64,000 nucleotides of DNA from Eledone cirrhosa (Eukaryota). Each line of letters begins with the position of its first letter. Position 1 is the stretch's first letter. Shown one piece after another: positions 14,095 through 29,034 of the stretch. Where the stretch lies: NCBI GenBank assembly GCA_964016885.1, contig OZ024740.1, positions 144,398,001 to 144,462,000 of the forward strand, in the 5' to 3' direction. The position numbers were made by a program, and so were the translations under genes. The notes under the pieces are model-generated. The model saw only the letters and a list, made by a program, of their open reading frames with translations. It did no database searches and was not told the origin of the DNA.

Positions 14095-14700
14095 TTGGTC
14101 TGGAGGAAGGAGCACTGCTCACAGCCTTAGCAAGCCCTTTGAAACCAATGCCAGAAAAACATGGGCATGGTGGGAATTACAGAGGGCCAACATTCTTGGG
14201 AAGACAGCCTGCGTAAATGATTAATGGGATTTGGGAAGGAGCAACAAGTGAATTGTGAGTGCCTGAGTGGAAGTGACACAAGACCAGCTAGCTCTGAAGA
14301 GCAAACCCTACTGTAGAAATAGAAAAGGCAGAAAGAAGAGACAAAATGTCTATGGATCAGTGTAGGTGAGCAACTTCATAACCAGGTGAGTGGCCTTTCT
14401 TTAAATGTGATCTAGAATATATATGAGTAGCAGCAGTACCCTATTGTGGATCTACCTGAGCTTTGAAGATGATTAGTAATTATTGAGAGGCTGAAGTGTT
14501 AGTCAAAGAGAAAATTTCAATCTGACAAGAATCCACATATCCAAGGGATTTGCATGCCAGACACAATTGGAAACTTTTCTGATGTTGAGAGCAACAATAC
14601 CATTTTAAAATTTCACAAGGAGACACACTGGTAAATGATACGAGAGTAAGTCTCCAGTGGCTTTACAAAAATCATCCTGGTCATTAACTCTTTATATCTC
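14095..14700 (-). mobile_element. Old degenerate CR1/Jockey-group LINE C-terminal fragment
   Basis: Manual translation PTLIHRHFVSSFCLFYFYSRVCSSELAGLV resembles the LxHRRxVASLxLFYRY..G.CSxEL motif of CR1-like ORF2 C-termini. Confidence 0.55.
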
Positions 14701-17253
14701 AATGATTTAGCAGAAAATATCTAAAAGCAGGTTTATTAATTCAAATGTTTAAAGTAGCTTCACTAGTGAGCAAAGAGTATCAGACATATATACTTCATAG
14801 TCTGCACAGTGAGAAACCTAGCAGTAAGAAATCCCTAAACTTCTGCTATTCCTTTCTCACTATAACTACCATATGTTTACAACAGCTAACGCCATTACTA
14901 ATTAGGCTACCCAACAAACTATTTACTATATCTAGTGAGCTATCTGGGTAGTTCATAACTATTATACTTTCACTGCAGCACTAATTAAATAAGATAAACT
15001 ATCTACTATATTTAATGCACTGACTGTGTAGTTCATGAACTTTGATTCATGGGTCTTCTACAGTATATTATTCATGAATATTTAATAGATTTGAAGTACC
15101 TACTGTTTTATCAATTATGGCCACTCTACACAGACTAGGAGCTTGTGCTCTGCTAGAGTTTATCAAAGTCTTACTTTCTTATATAGTGATCTTCTGGTTA
15201 TCATTGAAAACCTAGTTCGAGAAACTATAATAATTTTAATATCCTTGTTAAGCCATTATCTAAACTATAATAAGCCAAGTCTATTAATCATTTTTAAAAA
15301 ACCTGTCCATGTAATAATAATCCTTCACTATCTTCCTTTATTAACCTATCAGTATTTTATTAATCCCTTCTTATCTCCTTACCTTTATAGAAGTTGACAA
15401 TGGTGATGATAATACCTTAATATCAGTGACTAATTCAATGATTAGTACTATCATGAATCTTAACACCTTTAGCATTTTCCATTCAACTAAGTTTCAAATC
15501 TAATATGTACACTGTACAGTCAAGCGAATCCTCTTCAGTTGTATTATTTCATTTAAACACGATACAATCATAATTTTGATTCAATATTAATTCAGTTATA
15601 GATTCATTTTAGTCAACTTGAGATCACAATACAACTCGTGTGCCCTTCATTATTCTATATATTCAATAACTGCAGAGCAGATGACTGTTAAATATAAAAC
15701 ATGAATGGACAATGAGTGCTGGCTGAAAAGACTAAGGACATAGAAATTAGTAGGGTTGATGTTAGATCACAAATTAGATGACTGAAGGATAGTAAAAAGT
15801 GATGATCTGTGTACAGCAGACATCTATCCTATGCCACCATAGAAAAATAGGGGGAAACAATTATCACTAGGCAGCTCAAACTTTCCAAGTTTCAAGCCTC
15901 TGTAGATTCTGGATTAGTTTTGCAATTTCTTTATAATGGTTTCAAAAGCAAAAAAAAAGGTTTCAAATGAAAACCTACAGCAACATTGTATTCACTGAAA
16001 GTTAGTAATCATAAGCCTACTTTTTCAATTGCCTCTTACAAAGCATTTATCTACACAGATTTTTCAAACTATAAACCTTGACGTGTAAAATATAGTTATT
16101 TATTCTTCAAACACTTTCTTCACAATTGGGGTACATAAGCATAGTTCTGTCCACCTAAACTAAATCCAGCTTTATATTCCATATAATTCTTTCTTGGTAA
16201 TACATATCCCCTATCTTTATGGTAGTTATTAGTCACTGGAGATAATCCTTTTTCACAATCAAACTAGCTGAACAAGAAAACTAGCAATTCTCATGTTTTT
16301 AGCATAATAGTAACTACTTATCAAGGTCTTTCAGCATACCGTTACTATTCTCTTAATAACCTTGCTAATTCATAGCCATTTTATTTAGCTAACCCATTTG
16401 CAAGCTAGACTATATAATAAATCTCAATGGTATGTCTGTTCATCATCACAGTGTGTGTGCAATTCATTCACTTTGACATTCATAATACTGATACTTTCTA
16501 TACTTTTTATCCACTTCACAAAAAACAAAAATCATTTCACTTCATATTCTTCAGAGAATTTTTTTCTATTTACTTCTACAAATTTATCTTATTCTACAAA
16601 CCTATTTCAACCTGCTACCTAGCTAAACCTTAGCTACAGCTATAGGTTTTAGTCAACAGCTCACAAAAAGAGGTTTATTTATTAATGGCTATCTACCTTC
16701 CCTTAGTGCTCTTAAATTAATCTATGATGAAGCTACAACTTTTCAGAGATCTGTCCCAATCTATGAAAACAGACAATAACTGACCTACATGGTCACTCGA
16801 CTTGTAAGTAAAGAGAATAGACAGTTAATGTAGTCCTAGACACCACTAAAACAACAGATGGTCATAGCTGGACTGCCTTCATCATAAATCTATTAAATCA
16901 GAGGTGACCTGAAACTAACCAATATTGGAGATATTTGTAAACAATCATTTCCATCATCTTGCATCTCTCTTTCCCTCCTCAGTCACAACAAATACTGCTT
17001 CACCAAAGACTTGCACCCCTATATTTCAAACCAGTGTCATCTCTTGGGTCAAAATTTTCCATCAGACCATTCCATTAAATCATTCAGTCATGGAGCTCAG
17101 GTTCCTCAGCCTTTCGATTAGTGTACTCAAGATTCAGTTAGGTTTCCGACACATTCCTCTATCATTAACCTACTCACGATCACTTTTAAAAAGAACTTCA
17201 ATGTAAATAACCATTCAACCTAAACACCTCACACTAGACTTTCACTGCCTTTC

Positions 17254-18010
17254 ATCATTCATCATTGTTTTAACATCCGCATTCCCTGCTAGCAAGAGTT
17301 GATCTCCCAAGCAAGCCAGGGACCTGTTCGCTTATGTATGGTCTCACATTCCATTGAGTGCTCAGGAGAGGCTGTCATGCCTTTGACACAACTGAGGGCA
17401 CTCCCAACCCTTTGTTTGGCAAGATTTCTATGGCTAGATGCCCTTCCTATCACTAACCTCTTTACAGTGTGTACTGGGTGTGTTTATCATGTTGAATCAC
17501 CAACACTAAGGAGGTTGTCATGCCCTTGACACAACTGAAGGGTCCTCCAGACCCTTTGTTTGTTTGCTTGGCAAGCTTACCATGGCTTGGAAGCCCTTCC
17601 TATCACCAACCACTTCAAAGAGGGGGGAGGGGCTACCAGGAATGGGGTGGTGGTGAAGTAATGAAGTCAAGAATAACTGTTAGGGAGTGCTAATGGAAGG
17701 GGGAAATGTAGGTCAGGTCACATTGTAAGCTGCAGATCAGGTCTTCAGCACAGCATAGCGCCAGACCTCGCGGTCTTTAGTCATTTCTGTTGTAAGGTTT
17801 AGCTTTATTACAACCTCATCCATGTCTTCCAGGGTCTGCCTCTTCCACAGGTCCCAGCCACTAGGGTTTCTCTGCATTTCTTTATGCAGCAGCCACCTTC
17901 CATGCGCATCACATGGCCATACAATGCAGTCTTCTCTCACACACTACATCCAATTCCTCTTATGCTAAGTTTTTCCCTCAGTTTCCTTATGCAATGTTGC
18001 CCATGCACAG
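17254..18010 (-). mobile_element. Degenerate RTE LINE 3' end with an internal duplication in the UTR
   Basis: ORF remnant ...LTTEMTKDREVWRYAVLKT; CAT-type tail at ~17254-17266; UTR motif GATGCCCTTCCTATCACYAACC occurs twice (~17437 and ~17590) within a ~150 bp duplicated block. Confidence 0.8.
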
Positions 18011-18689
18011 CCATACCTTTATGAACAGAAATCTTAAAAACATCAATCATTGGGTAAATTTTTCTTAATGATTTGGAAAAGGGAGGTGTCCATGGCTTTT
18101 GCAGCCCTCTGGAACTGGTGAAGTAATGTTTTTGAAAATATGAGCAGTGTCCTCCATTGACTGACTAAAAAAGAAAACTACACACTAAAAATGGGTTCAT
18201 CCCAATTTTCTTCATCTCACTTTTTGGCTCAAGACTATATGAATTTGGTTCTTAATATTACTCAATAGGTAGTTAGGATAATGGACTAATTTTTAAATAC
18301 AGAACTCCAAAAAGCTAAAACTGCCTATGCCTTATGCTACAGCCATATCAACCATGAAACATTAGGTCACTGATATGACTATTAAAATCTCTTATAATAC
18401 CTACATAAAATGGTCTTCTCAAGCAGGTTAACAAACTGCTTGATTACTGATATCCCATTCCTGTCAGGTTAATAATATTCAAGCAACTAATTAACTAAAA
18501 TTAACTTCTCACTTTTTATCATTTTTTCTATTGAAAAATAAACAATTCAAAAAAATTAAACACAAACTGATATTTTTTGTAGTGAAATACAAAATGAATT
18601 CATAACAGAATAAGCTCAGTATGTGTTGATTTGAGCACTAATTTAACTTATTTCTATTTAAATTAATTCTTTATTATTATTATCTTACT

Positions 18690-19170
18690 TGTTTCAGTCA
18701 TTGCATTGCACTATATTGGTGGATTTAATTATATCAACCCTAGCACTTTGTCTGGTACTTTTAAGAAAGAAAAATGAAATTGAGCCAGTTGGGATTTGAA
18801 CTCAGACCGTAACTAAATGCCACAAATTATTCTGTCTGGTGTTTTACTGGTTCTAGTTACTGAGAATCAATATATTTTCTAATGATATGCATTTGCTTCA
18901 CTTCTATATATTTAAAAAAAAAAAAAACTACAGCCAACACTTACAATCGAGTATGATGTGGAATTGTGTACCCTGTTGGATATCCAACTTTCCTTTAATC
19001 CAATGTAACATCCAGGATACGACAGCTGGAAGGAGGCCTGCACAAACACTGAGCTGGTATTTTATTGACCCCGAAAGGATGAAAGGCAAAGTAGACTTTG
19101 GCAGTGTTTGAACTCAGAATATTGAGACCTGGAACAAATATCCAACGCTCTATCAGCTATGCCAAATCAA
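18690..19170 (-). mobile_element. Two degenerate tRNA-SINE copies (~18690-18850 and ~19050-19170)
   Basis: GGATTTGAACTCAGA at ~18792, and TTGACCCCGAAAGGATGAAAGGCAAAGTAGACTTTGGCAGTGTTTGAACTCAGA at 19065-19118. Confidence 0.7.
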
Positions 19171-20086
19171 CCATCTTACTTTTTACATATACATGGGCCA
19201 AGCTGTGTATTTTTTTTTTATATTCTTTCTTTTTTTACATCTATGATGGTTCTTTATAGCATATAAATTTTAATTTTCACCCTTAAGCCACCCTCCTACA
19301 ACTCAATCACTGGAAAAGAGTTTCTTCTCTGAGCACTTACGTCCACATAGCACATGCAGTTTATATAGATATAAAAAGAAAACTAAAAAGTATTCAATTA
19401 TAACTAAACATTCCCAACCACCTACCACAAGCTTCAAACCAGATCTGTGACTGAAGGGGTGGTTTAAATTGGCAGAAGACATAATGGAATAACATAGTAA
19501 ATCAGACAATATGAGGTAAACATTAGTATTGAAACGTGGTTAAGTAGCTAGAAATACAAATCTAATTAAAACTTAAGCAAATTAGAGAGTAAGAAGATAT
19601 AGCAATACATGAGAAATATGAAAGATTTTGTATTTGGAAATATGTCAGAATCAATCAGAATTTCAATGCAGTAAGGTGTGCCTTGATCTAATGTGACTCA
19701 CTTGCTGTCAATGCTAATATATAAAAAGGCGTGGAAATGTTGACAAGGAGTGTTACCAATAGTTACATGAAAAGGTAAATAAAAGTCATCAACTATCCTA
19801 ATAATTTAAGATTCCTTCAAAATCCTACCACTTCCTATTGAAGAGTTCATGGTATGTGTATACGTGTGTGTGTTGACTTATTGTGTATGGGCGGGCGTTA
19901 AGTTAGTGTGTGGACGTTGAGTTACACATACACACATGGCACGTGTGTGTGCGTGAATGTGTCAAGATTATAGTTTGTGTAGGTTGTCGCTAGCGTAAGT
20001 ACATGAATGACTGTCAATGTTTGTGGAATGATAGTGCATGTGTTGAGTTACAGTGTGTCTCTCTGTGTCTGTACGTTGAGCTACAG

Positions 20087-20480
20087 AGTGTGTGCATGTG
20101 CGTAAGTTTTGAGAGAGAGAGAGTGTGTGTGCATGTGCGTAAGTTTTGAGAGAGAGAGAGTGTGTGTGCATGTGCGTAAGTTTTGAGAGAGAGAGAGTGT
20201 GTGTGCATGTGCGTAAGTTTTGAGAGAGAGAGAGTGTGTGTGCATGTGCGTAAGTTTTGAGAGAGAGAGAGTGTGTGTGCATGTGCGTAAGTTTTGAGAG
20301 AGAGAGAGTGTGTGTGCATGTGCGTAAGTTTTGAGAGAGAGAGAGTGTGTGTGCATGTGCGTAAGTTTTGAGAGAGAGAGAGAGAGAGAGAGTGTGTGTG
20401 CATGTGCGTAAGTTTTGAGAGAGAGAGAGAGAGAGAGTGTGTGTGCATGTGCGTAAGTTTTGAGAGAGAGAGAGAGAGAG
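20087..20480. repeat. Minisatellite with a 37-bp unit, CGTAAGTTTT(GA)6(GT)4GCATGTG, about 10 copies
   Basis: Unit starts at 20101, 20138, 20175, 20212, 20249, 20286, 20323 and 20360, then 20407 and 20452 after longer GA runs. Confidence 0.95.
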
Positions 20481-20569
20481 TGTGTGTGTGTGTGTGGGCG
20501 TGTTGAGTTAGTGTGTGTGTGTGTGTGTGTGTGTTGAGTTAGTGTGTGTGTGTGTGTGTGTGTGTTGAG

Positions 20570-20619
<50 letters not shown>

Positions 20620-20738
20620 GAGTTAGTGTGTGTGTGTGTTGAGTTAGTGTGTGTGTGTGTGTGTGTGTGTTGAGTTAGTGTGTGTGTGTGTGTGTGTGTG
20701 TTGAGTTAGTGTGTGTGTGTGTGTGTGTGTGTGTTGAG

Positions 20739-20769
<31 letters not shown>

Positions 20770-20773
20770 TGAG

Positions 20774-20804
<31 letters not shown>

Positions 20805-22215
20805 TGAGTTAGTGTGTGTGTGTGTGTGTGTGTTGAGTTAGTGTGTGTGTGTGTGTGTGTGTGTTGAGTTAGTGTGTGTGTGTGTGTGTGTGTGTTGAGT
20901 TAGTGTGTGTGTGTGTGTGTGTGTGTGTTGAGTTAGTGTGTGTGTGTGTGTGTGTGTGTTGAGTTAGTGTGTGTGTGTGTGTGTGTTGAGTTAGTGTGTG
21001 TGTGTGTGGACGCGTTGAGTTAGTGTGTGTGTGTGGACGCGTTGAGTTAGTGTGTGTGTGTGGACGCGTTGAGTTAGTGTGTGTGTGTGGACGCGTTGAG
21101 TTAGTGTGTGTGGGGGCGTTGAGTTAGTGTGTGTGTGGACGTTGAGTCAGTGTGTGTGTGTGGACGTTGAGTCAGTGTGTGTGTGTGGACGTTGAGTCAG
21201 TGTGTGTGTGTGGACGTTGAGTCAGTGTGTGTGTGTGGACGTTGAGTCAGTGTGTGTGTGTGGACGTTGAGTCAGTGTGTGTGTGGACGTTGAGTTAGTG
21301 TGTGTGTGGACGTTGAGTTAGTGTGTGTGTGGACGTTGAGTTAGTGTGTGTGTGGACGTTGAGTTAGTGTGTGTGTGGACGTTGAGTTAGTGTGTGTGTG
21401 GACGTTGAGTTAGTGTGTGTGTGGACGTTGAGTTAGTGTGTGTGTGGACGTTGAGTTAGTGTGTGTGTGGACGTTGAGTTAGTGTGTGTGTGGACGTTGA
21501 GTTAGTGTGTGTGTGGACGTTGAGTTAGTGTGTGTGGACGTTGAGTTAGTGTGTGTGTGGACGTTGAGTTAGTGTGTGTGTGTGTGTGTGTGTGTTGAGT
21601 TAGTGTGTGTGTGGACGTTGAGTTAGTGTGTGTGGACGTTGAGTTAGTGTGTGTGGACGTTGAGTTAGTGTGTGTGGACGTTGAGTTAGTGTGTGTGGAC
21701 GTTGAGTTAGTGTGTGTGTGGACGTTGAGTTAGTGTGTGTGTGGGCGTTGAGTTAGTGTGTGTGTGGGCGTTGAGTTAGTGTGTGTGGACGTTGAGTTAG
21801 TGTGTGTGTGGACGTTGAGTTAGTGTGTGTGTGGACGTTGAGTTAGTGTGTGTGTGGACGTTGAGTTAGTGTGTGTGTGGACGTTGAGTTAGTGTGTGTG
21901 TGTGGACGTTGAGTTAGTGTGTGTGTGTGGACGTTGAGTTAGTGTGTGTGTGTGGACGTTGAGTTAGTGTGTGTGTGTGGACGTTGAGTTAGTGTGTGTG
22001 TGTGGACGTTGAGTTAGTGTGTGTGTGGACGTTGAGTTAGTGTGTGTGTGGACGTTGAGTTAGTGTGTGTGTGGACGTTGAGTTAGTGTGTGTGTGGACG
22101 TTGAGTTAGTGTGTGTGTGTGGACGTTGAGTTAGTGTGTGTGTGTGTGTGTGTGTGGACGTTGAGTTAGTGTGTGTGGACGTTGAGTTTGTGTGTGTGTG
22201 TGTGTGTGGACGTTG

Positions 22216-22254
<39 letters not shown>

Positions 22255-22388
22255 ACGTCGAGTTACAGTGAGTGTGGACGTCGAGTTACAGTGAGTGTGG
22301 ACGTCGAGTTACAGCGAGTGTGGACGTCGAGTTACAGCGAGTGTGGACGTCGAGTTACAGCGAGTGTGGACGTCGAGTTACAGTGTGT
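20481..22388. repeat. Compound GT-rich tandem array: (GT)n-TGAGTTA, then (GT)n-GGACGTTGAGTTA variants, then six 23-bp GTGGACGTCGAGTTACAGYGAGT units
   Basis: Directly visible blocks with stepwise changes in the repeat unit. Confidence 0.95.
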
Positions 22389-23011
22389 ACTGAGCTTACT
22401 GTATTAGCTAAACAGACAAAATATAACTCAACGCCCACATGTGACTGGTTAACTTCAGTTTCCACAGATTTAAGTACAACACAAGAAAAATATTACTGCA
22501 CTTGACGTAAGAATATTATCTTACTACGCTTCAATAGGAAATCGCCTAAAATTCCGTTACGAAACAGGAAGCATTGGCGACTCTTTCAAAATTATAAATG
22601 ACTGAAACATTTCGAAGAGATTCGAAATAAATATCCAAAAAGGAAGTCGATCATTAATAATCACAATGAATGTAATCATGCACACCTACACAGGAAAGGA
22701 TTTGAAAGTCGAAAAGAAAAATGACTATTTCTATTATATTAATTAGTATCCTATAACTTCTTAGAAAAGAGTTATAAAATACTAAAGGTTATTAACGCAC
22801 AATATAATATAATTAAAATAATGAAGCTTTAAAATAATTAGATTGTACAGCAAACGTGATCAATAAAATAATGTACTAATGTTTTCCAAATTATAACCTT
22901 TATTTCACATAATTAAGCATCCAAATAAACACAATTTATATCTTTTGGGGGAAGGGATAGAAAGACGTGCACATTCACACACACGTCAGAAGGAGCGCAC
23001 GAGTTTCTCCT

Positions 23012-23730
23012 CTAGTATTTTTTTTTCATGCAAGCTAACATACTCGTGGCATTGCCACGGTTAATAGCAAAGCTAAGACGCTGGAATAACCAAGCACCAT
23101 CGCGGGCATCACCTGACACATCGGTAAGGAGAGCCGCCAACAATTTTCTCAGCGGCCCAGCTTCCTAAACGACTCGAAATGCCAAAGTCTGGGAAAATAG
23201 TTTGTCATTAATTTCTGTTATTTTAGAATTTTATTGTTCGGCTACGGATGCAGTGACCCTCACCTTTGCCGCAGCATCCAAGATGTGATGGTGGTGGGGC
23301 AAATGAACTGCTAACTACGGCATCCAAAATCAGACATCTACCTCTTCCCATAAGTCACGGATAATCAGATCGACTCCAGAACTGAGGGGATATTAATTCG
23401 AGGTAGGGCTAGTTTCATAATCAGATTCAGCTATACATGTCGAGCGAAACGATCTGCGTTCAGACGGCAAGACAATCCATGAAGACCCACAGAGTCAAGG
23501 GGCCTGCCACAACCACACAAGCCCCCTTCCGCCCACATAATAAACACCGGCTTCAACCCTGGACGCAATGAAGACGCAGAGCCTATTCAGACTAAGTAGA
23601 GCACCGATGTTTGCCACGAGTAAAATAGTAACCCAGTCAACTCCCGAGAATTTAGTACACGTAGAAAATAAGCGGCACTTAAAGTATTGATCGAATTGAT
23701 CAAAGACAAAGTTAAAAGTGTCTCTCAAAC
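23012..23730 (-). mobile_element. Degenerate CRE-clade non-LTR retrotransposon 3' fragment (zinc-knuckle region plus restriction-like endonuclease)
   Basis: Manual minus-strand translation across frameshifts gives DWVTILLVANIGALLS...IASRV, GLHGLSCRLNADRFARHV*LNLIMKLALPRINIPSVLE, GRCLILDAVVSSSFAP, QTLAF/ESLGSW and DVSGDARDGAWLFQRLSFAINRGNATSMLAC. These match the CRE hallmarks HGLSC...RH, WD.TV, FETLG and FQRLS.A.QRGNA. Confidence 0.85.
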
Positions 23731-24689
23731 TATCCCAGACTGCTTCAATTTATCCTGCTTTGTATCAAGAACATACAAACCCAGTTTCCCTTCATTGTAT
23801 AGAATTCTCTTATAGAAAGGGACTCAAGATAATGGAAATATTTTTTTTTAAATTACATAACTACATTAACAACTCTTTTACTACCAAGACAATTTTTAAA
23901 ATAAGTTCACAAAAAAAAAGAAAAATTGGATTAGAGAACATGGTTTTTAATTATAATTCGGTGCTATAAAAAAAATTCCCTTCTTTAAAACATTCCAGAA
24001 ATAGGAAAATATAAGACTATATATTATAGATATGCTGTGAAATCTATCTTATTTGAGAAGAAAAGAACTGGATATAGTTAAGTTACAGGAAGAAAATGAA
24101 ATGTCAAACGGTAAGCCGATTTGTCCACAAACTTATGATGCATCATCCAACTCAAAAAGGATACACTTCCGTGTATACAAGAGGCAATGAGCTGATGTGA
24201 CCGGATGTTAAATACTTCAAAGTGGATCATTATAACTTCAGTAACATTAGCTGCCAAGCTGTTTTCTGTGAACGGAAAGCCACAAACTGTACTTAGTGCA
24301 ACCGAACACTCGTATAACATTTGTGTGCGCATGTGTCTCATGAAAGAGTGTAATCAACATCACAAAATAGGGTTTTTCCACCAGATAAACAGAATAAATG
24401 ATGCATATTCTTAGACGCTATTGATGGACATCATTAACTTTTATTTTAATACTTATTTTTAAGCATTTATTTTATCGATCTTAAAAGGATGAAATTCTAA
24501 GTGAGCGACTCGTTGCAGGACAAAATATAAATTAAGCATTTCTTTTAAGTCAACCGTTTTTTGTTTTTTTTTTATTTTGAAATGCCACAAGACAAAAAAC
24601 TTTATATATAGCATAAAATCCCGATTTTAAATCAATGGCTAAAATACGATTGGTTACTTTTAATAAAGTGTTCACAATACTTCCTAACA

Positions 24690-24760
24690 ATATATATATA
24701 TATATTGTTAGGAAGTATATATATATATATATATATGGTATATATATATATATATATATA
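24690..24760. repeat. Interrupted (TA)n microsatellite
   Basis: Directly visible. Confidence 0.9.
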
Positions 24761-25682
24761 CCATACAAATCTGGTAGTCCTTCCCAAAAATATACGACGA
24801 GTGGTTACTTTAAAAGTTACAATTATTTCTTACAAAGATATGAAGACAATTATTCCATGGTAACTTAAAATAGTCACGTAAATTAGTTTAAAATATCAAC
24901 TTCCTGTTTAGTGTATTTATGATCAATGATTAATAATTTTGCTTGACCATCTGAAAGAGTCGGCAATATCCAAATGTATTTTAAAATAACCGACAGACAA
25001 AACAAATGGTATGGTTGGTGATTTACAATGGCGAGCACTGTAAAAGTTCCCAGCAAACTCGATACGCGACCTGATTTCGATTCTCATCTGAACTATTCCA
25101 CTTCACTTACGTTGCTAAGGCTTGACTCTCACACAATCTCATTTTCATACCCATTAAATCTGATATCTTGTGCCTAAGTAAGAAATCAATATATATCCAT
25201 TATCAAAAGTTGACTACTGCACCGACAACTATAAAGACTACATCTACCAAGACAACTATACAAAGTTAGCTAAGTTTAGAATTCCCTGCGGCTACTAATA
25301 AAACATACAATATGGACCAAAAGTCACTTAAGGTCTTTTTATACGTACCTTATTTTCAATAATGTTTGTTTTATTTTATTGATGGATTCGATATGAAAGA
25401 TTCTTTTTGAAAAACGTAAAATTGTTGAATTTTCTTAAACCAACAATCATTAATTCAAACTCAATGACCTTTGGCCCACTATATTAAGCATTATCAATGA
25501 GTAAACTGCTTCATATCTAGTAGGAATGTAGACATTCATAAAAGGAAAATAAACTTTAGTACATGTATAACACAAATCTGTGAGTACATGTGTATTTGTA
25601 ACATGTTTTTCATGCTAAATGAATGCTGTGACATTTCAAGAGAACTCTAATACAGTTGACAAAATATTATGTGTACATACAT

Positions 25683-25713
<31 letters not shown>

Positions 25714-27012
25714 CACATACATACACACATATACATATATACACACATATATATACACATACATATACATATATATATATACACACACATACATATATAC
25801 ACATATATATATATACACACACACATACATATATACACATATATATATATACACACACACATATATATACACATATATATATATACACACACACATATAC
25901 ACACATATATATATATACACACACACATATACATATATACACATATATATACACATACATATACATATATACACATATATATACACATACATATACATAT
26001 ATACACATATATATATATATATACATAGACACATATATACACATATGCACACACACATATGCACACATATATACACACATACACATACACACATACACAC
26101 ACATATATATATACACATATATATATACACACACACACATATATATATACACACACACACATATACATATACACACACACATACACACACACACACATAC
26201 ATACATACATACACACACATACACACACATATATATATACACACACATATATATATACACACACATATATATATACACACACATATATATACACACACAT
26301 ATATATACACACATATATATATACACACACATATATATACACACACATATATATACACACACACACATATATATACACACACATATATATATATACACAC
26401 ACATATATATACACACACATATATATATATACACACATATATATATATACACACATATATATATATACACACATATATATATATACACACATATATATAT
26501 ATACACACATATATATATACACACATATATATATACACATATATATATATACACATATATATATATACACATATATATATACACACATATATATACACAC
26601 ATATATATATACACATATATATATATATACACATATATATATACACATATATATATATACATATATATATATACATATATATATATACATATATATATAT
26701 ACATATATATATATACATATATATATATACATATATATATATACATATATATATATACACATATATATATACACATATATATATATATACACACATATAT
26801 ATATACACACATATATATATATACACATATATACACATATATACACATATATACACACATATATACACACATATATACACACACATATATACACACACAT
26901 ATATACACACACATATACACACACACACATATCTATATACACACACACATATCTATATACACACACACATATATATACACATATATACACATATATATAC
27001 ACATATATACAC

Positions 27013-27043
<31 letters not shown>

Positions 27044-27050
27044 TATACAC

Positions 27051-27083
<33 letters not shown>

Positions 27084-27494
27084 TATACACATATATATAT
27101 ATATATACACATATATATATACATATATATATATATATACACATATATATACACATATATATATATATATATACACACATATATATACACATATATATAT
27201 ATATATATACACACATATATATACACATATATATATATATATATACACACATATATATACACATATATATATATATATATACACACATATATATACACAT
27301 ATATATATATATATATACACACATATATATACACACATATATACACACATATATATACACACATATATACACACACATATATACACATATATATACACAT
27401 ATATACACACATATATACACATATATACACACATATATATACACACATATATATACACACACATATATATACACACATATATATACACACACAT

Positions 27495-27593
27495 ACTCTT
27501 TTACCTGTTTCAGCCATCCGCCTGAGGCCATGCTGGGGCACCGCCCTTGTTGCTACACATTTTATCTCCAGCCTGTATAGGTTGGCCACTGGT
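27495..27593 (-). mobile_element. ~100 bp 5'-truncated 3' end of the CR1-group LINE found at 37774-41852
   Basis: Nearly identical to 37782-37880 (ACTCTTTTACCTGTTTCAGCCATCCG...GGTTGGCCACTGGT); flanked by microsatellite on both sides. Confidence 0.95.
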
Positions 27594-28139
27594 ATACAAA
27601 CATATATATATATATATACAAACATATATATACATATATATATATACATATATATATACATATATACATATATACATATATACATATATATACATATATA
27701 CATATACACATATATACATATATACATATATACATATACATATATATATACATATACATATATATATACATATATATATACATATATATATATACATATA
27801 CATATATATATACATATATATATACATATATATATACATATATATATATACATATACATATATATATATACATATACATATACATATACATACATATATA
27901 TACATATACATACATATATATACATATACATACATATATATACATATATATACATATATATACACATATATACATATATATACACATATATACATATATA
28001 TACACATATATATACATATACACATATATATACATATATATACATATATACACATATATATACATATATATACATATATACATATATATATATATATACA
28101 CATATATATACATATATATACATATATATATATATACAC

Positions 28140-28172
<33 letters not shown>

Positions 28173-28439
28173 CACATATATATATATATACACATATATA
28201 TATATATACACATATATATATATATACACATATATATATATATACACATATATATATATATACACATATATATACATATATACACATATATATATATACA
28301 CATATATATATATACACATATATATATATACACATATATATATATACACATATATATATATATACACATATATATATATATACACATATATATATATATA
28401 CACATATATATATATATACACATATATATATATATACAC

Positions 28440-28506
<67 letters not shown>

Positions 28507-28939
28507 CATATATACATATATACATATATATACATATATATATATACATATATATATATATACATATATATATATACATATATATATATATACATATATA
28601 CATATACATATATATACATATATACATATATATACATATATATATATACATATATATATATATACATATATATACATATATATATATACATATATACATA
28701 TATATATATACATATACATATACATATATATATATACATATATACATATATATATATACATATATATACATATATATATATACATATATATACATATATA
28801 TATATACATATATATACATATATATATATACATATATATACATATATATACATATATATATACATATATATACATATATATATATACATATATATACATA
28901 TATATATATATATACATATATATACATATATATATATAT

Positions 28940-29034
<95 letters not shown>

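Noticed and set aside
19968-22505. Repetitive ORFs and a possible CRISPR-like array
   Set aside because: Units are separated by (GT)n runs rather than unique spacers, there are no cas genes, and the context is eukaryotic.
22500-22640. TGACGTAA and GGAAG motifs as a promoter
   Set aside because: Short motifs with no downstream exon or other support.
23045-23059. Hairpin CGTGGC-ATT-GCCACG as a Helitron 3' end
   Set aside because: It is the coding sequence of the RGNAT motif in the CRE fragment, and no canonical CTAG terminus follows.
24078-24414. 87-aa and 69-aa ORFs as a host exon or DNA-transposase remnant
   Set aside because: No motif I can identify with confidence; a translated search would be needed.
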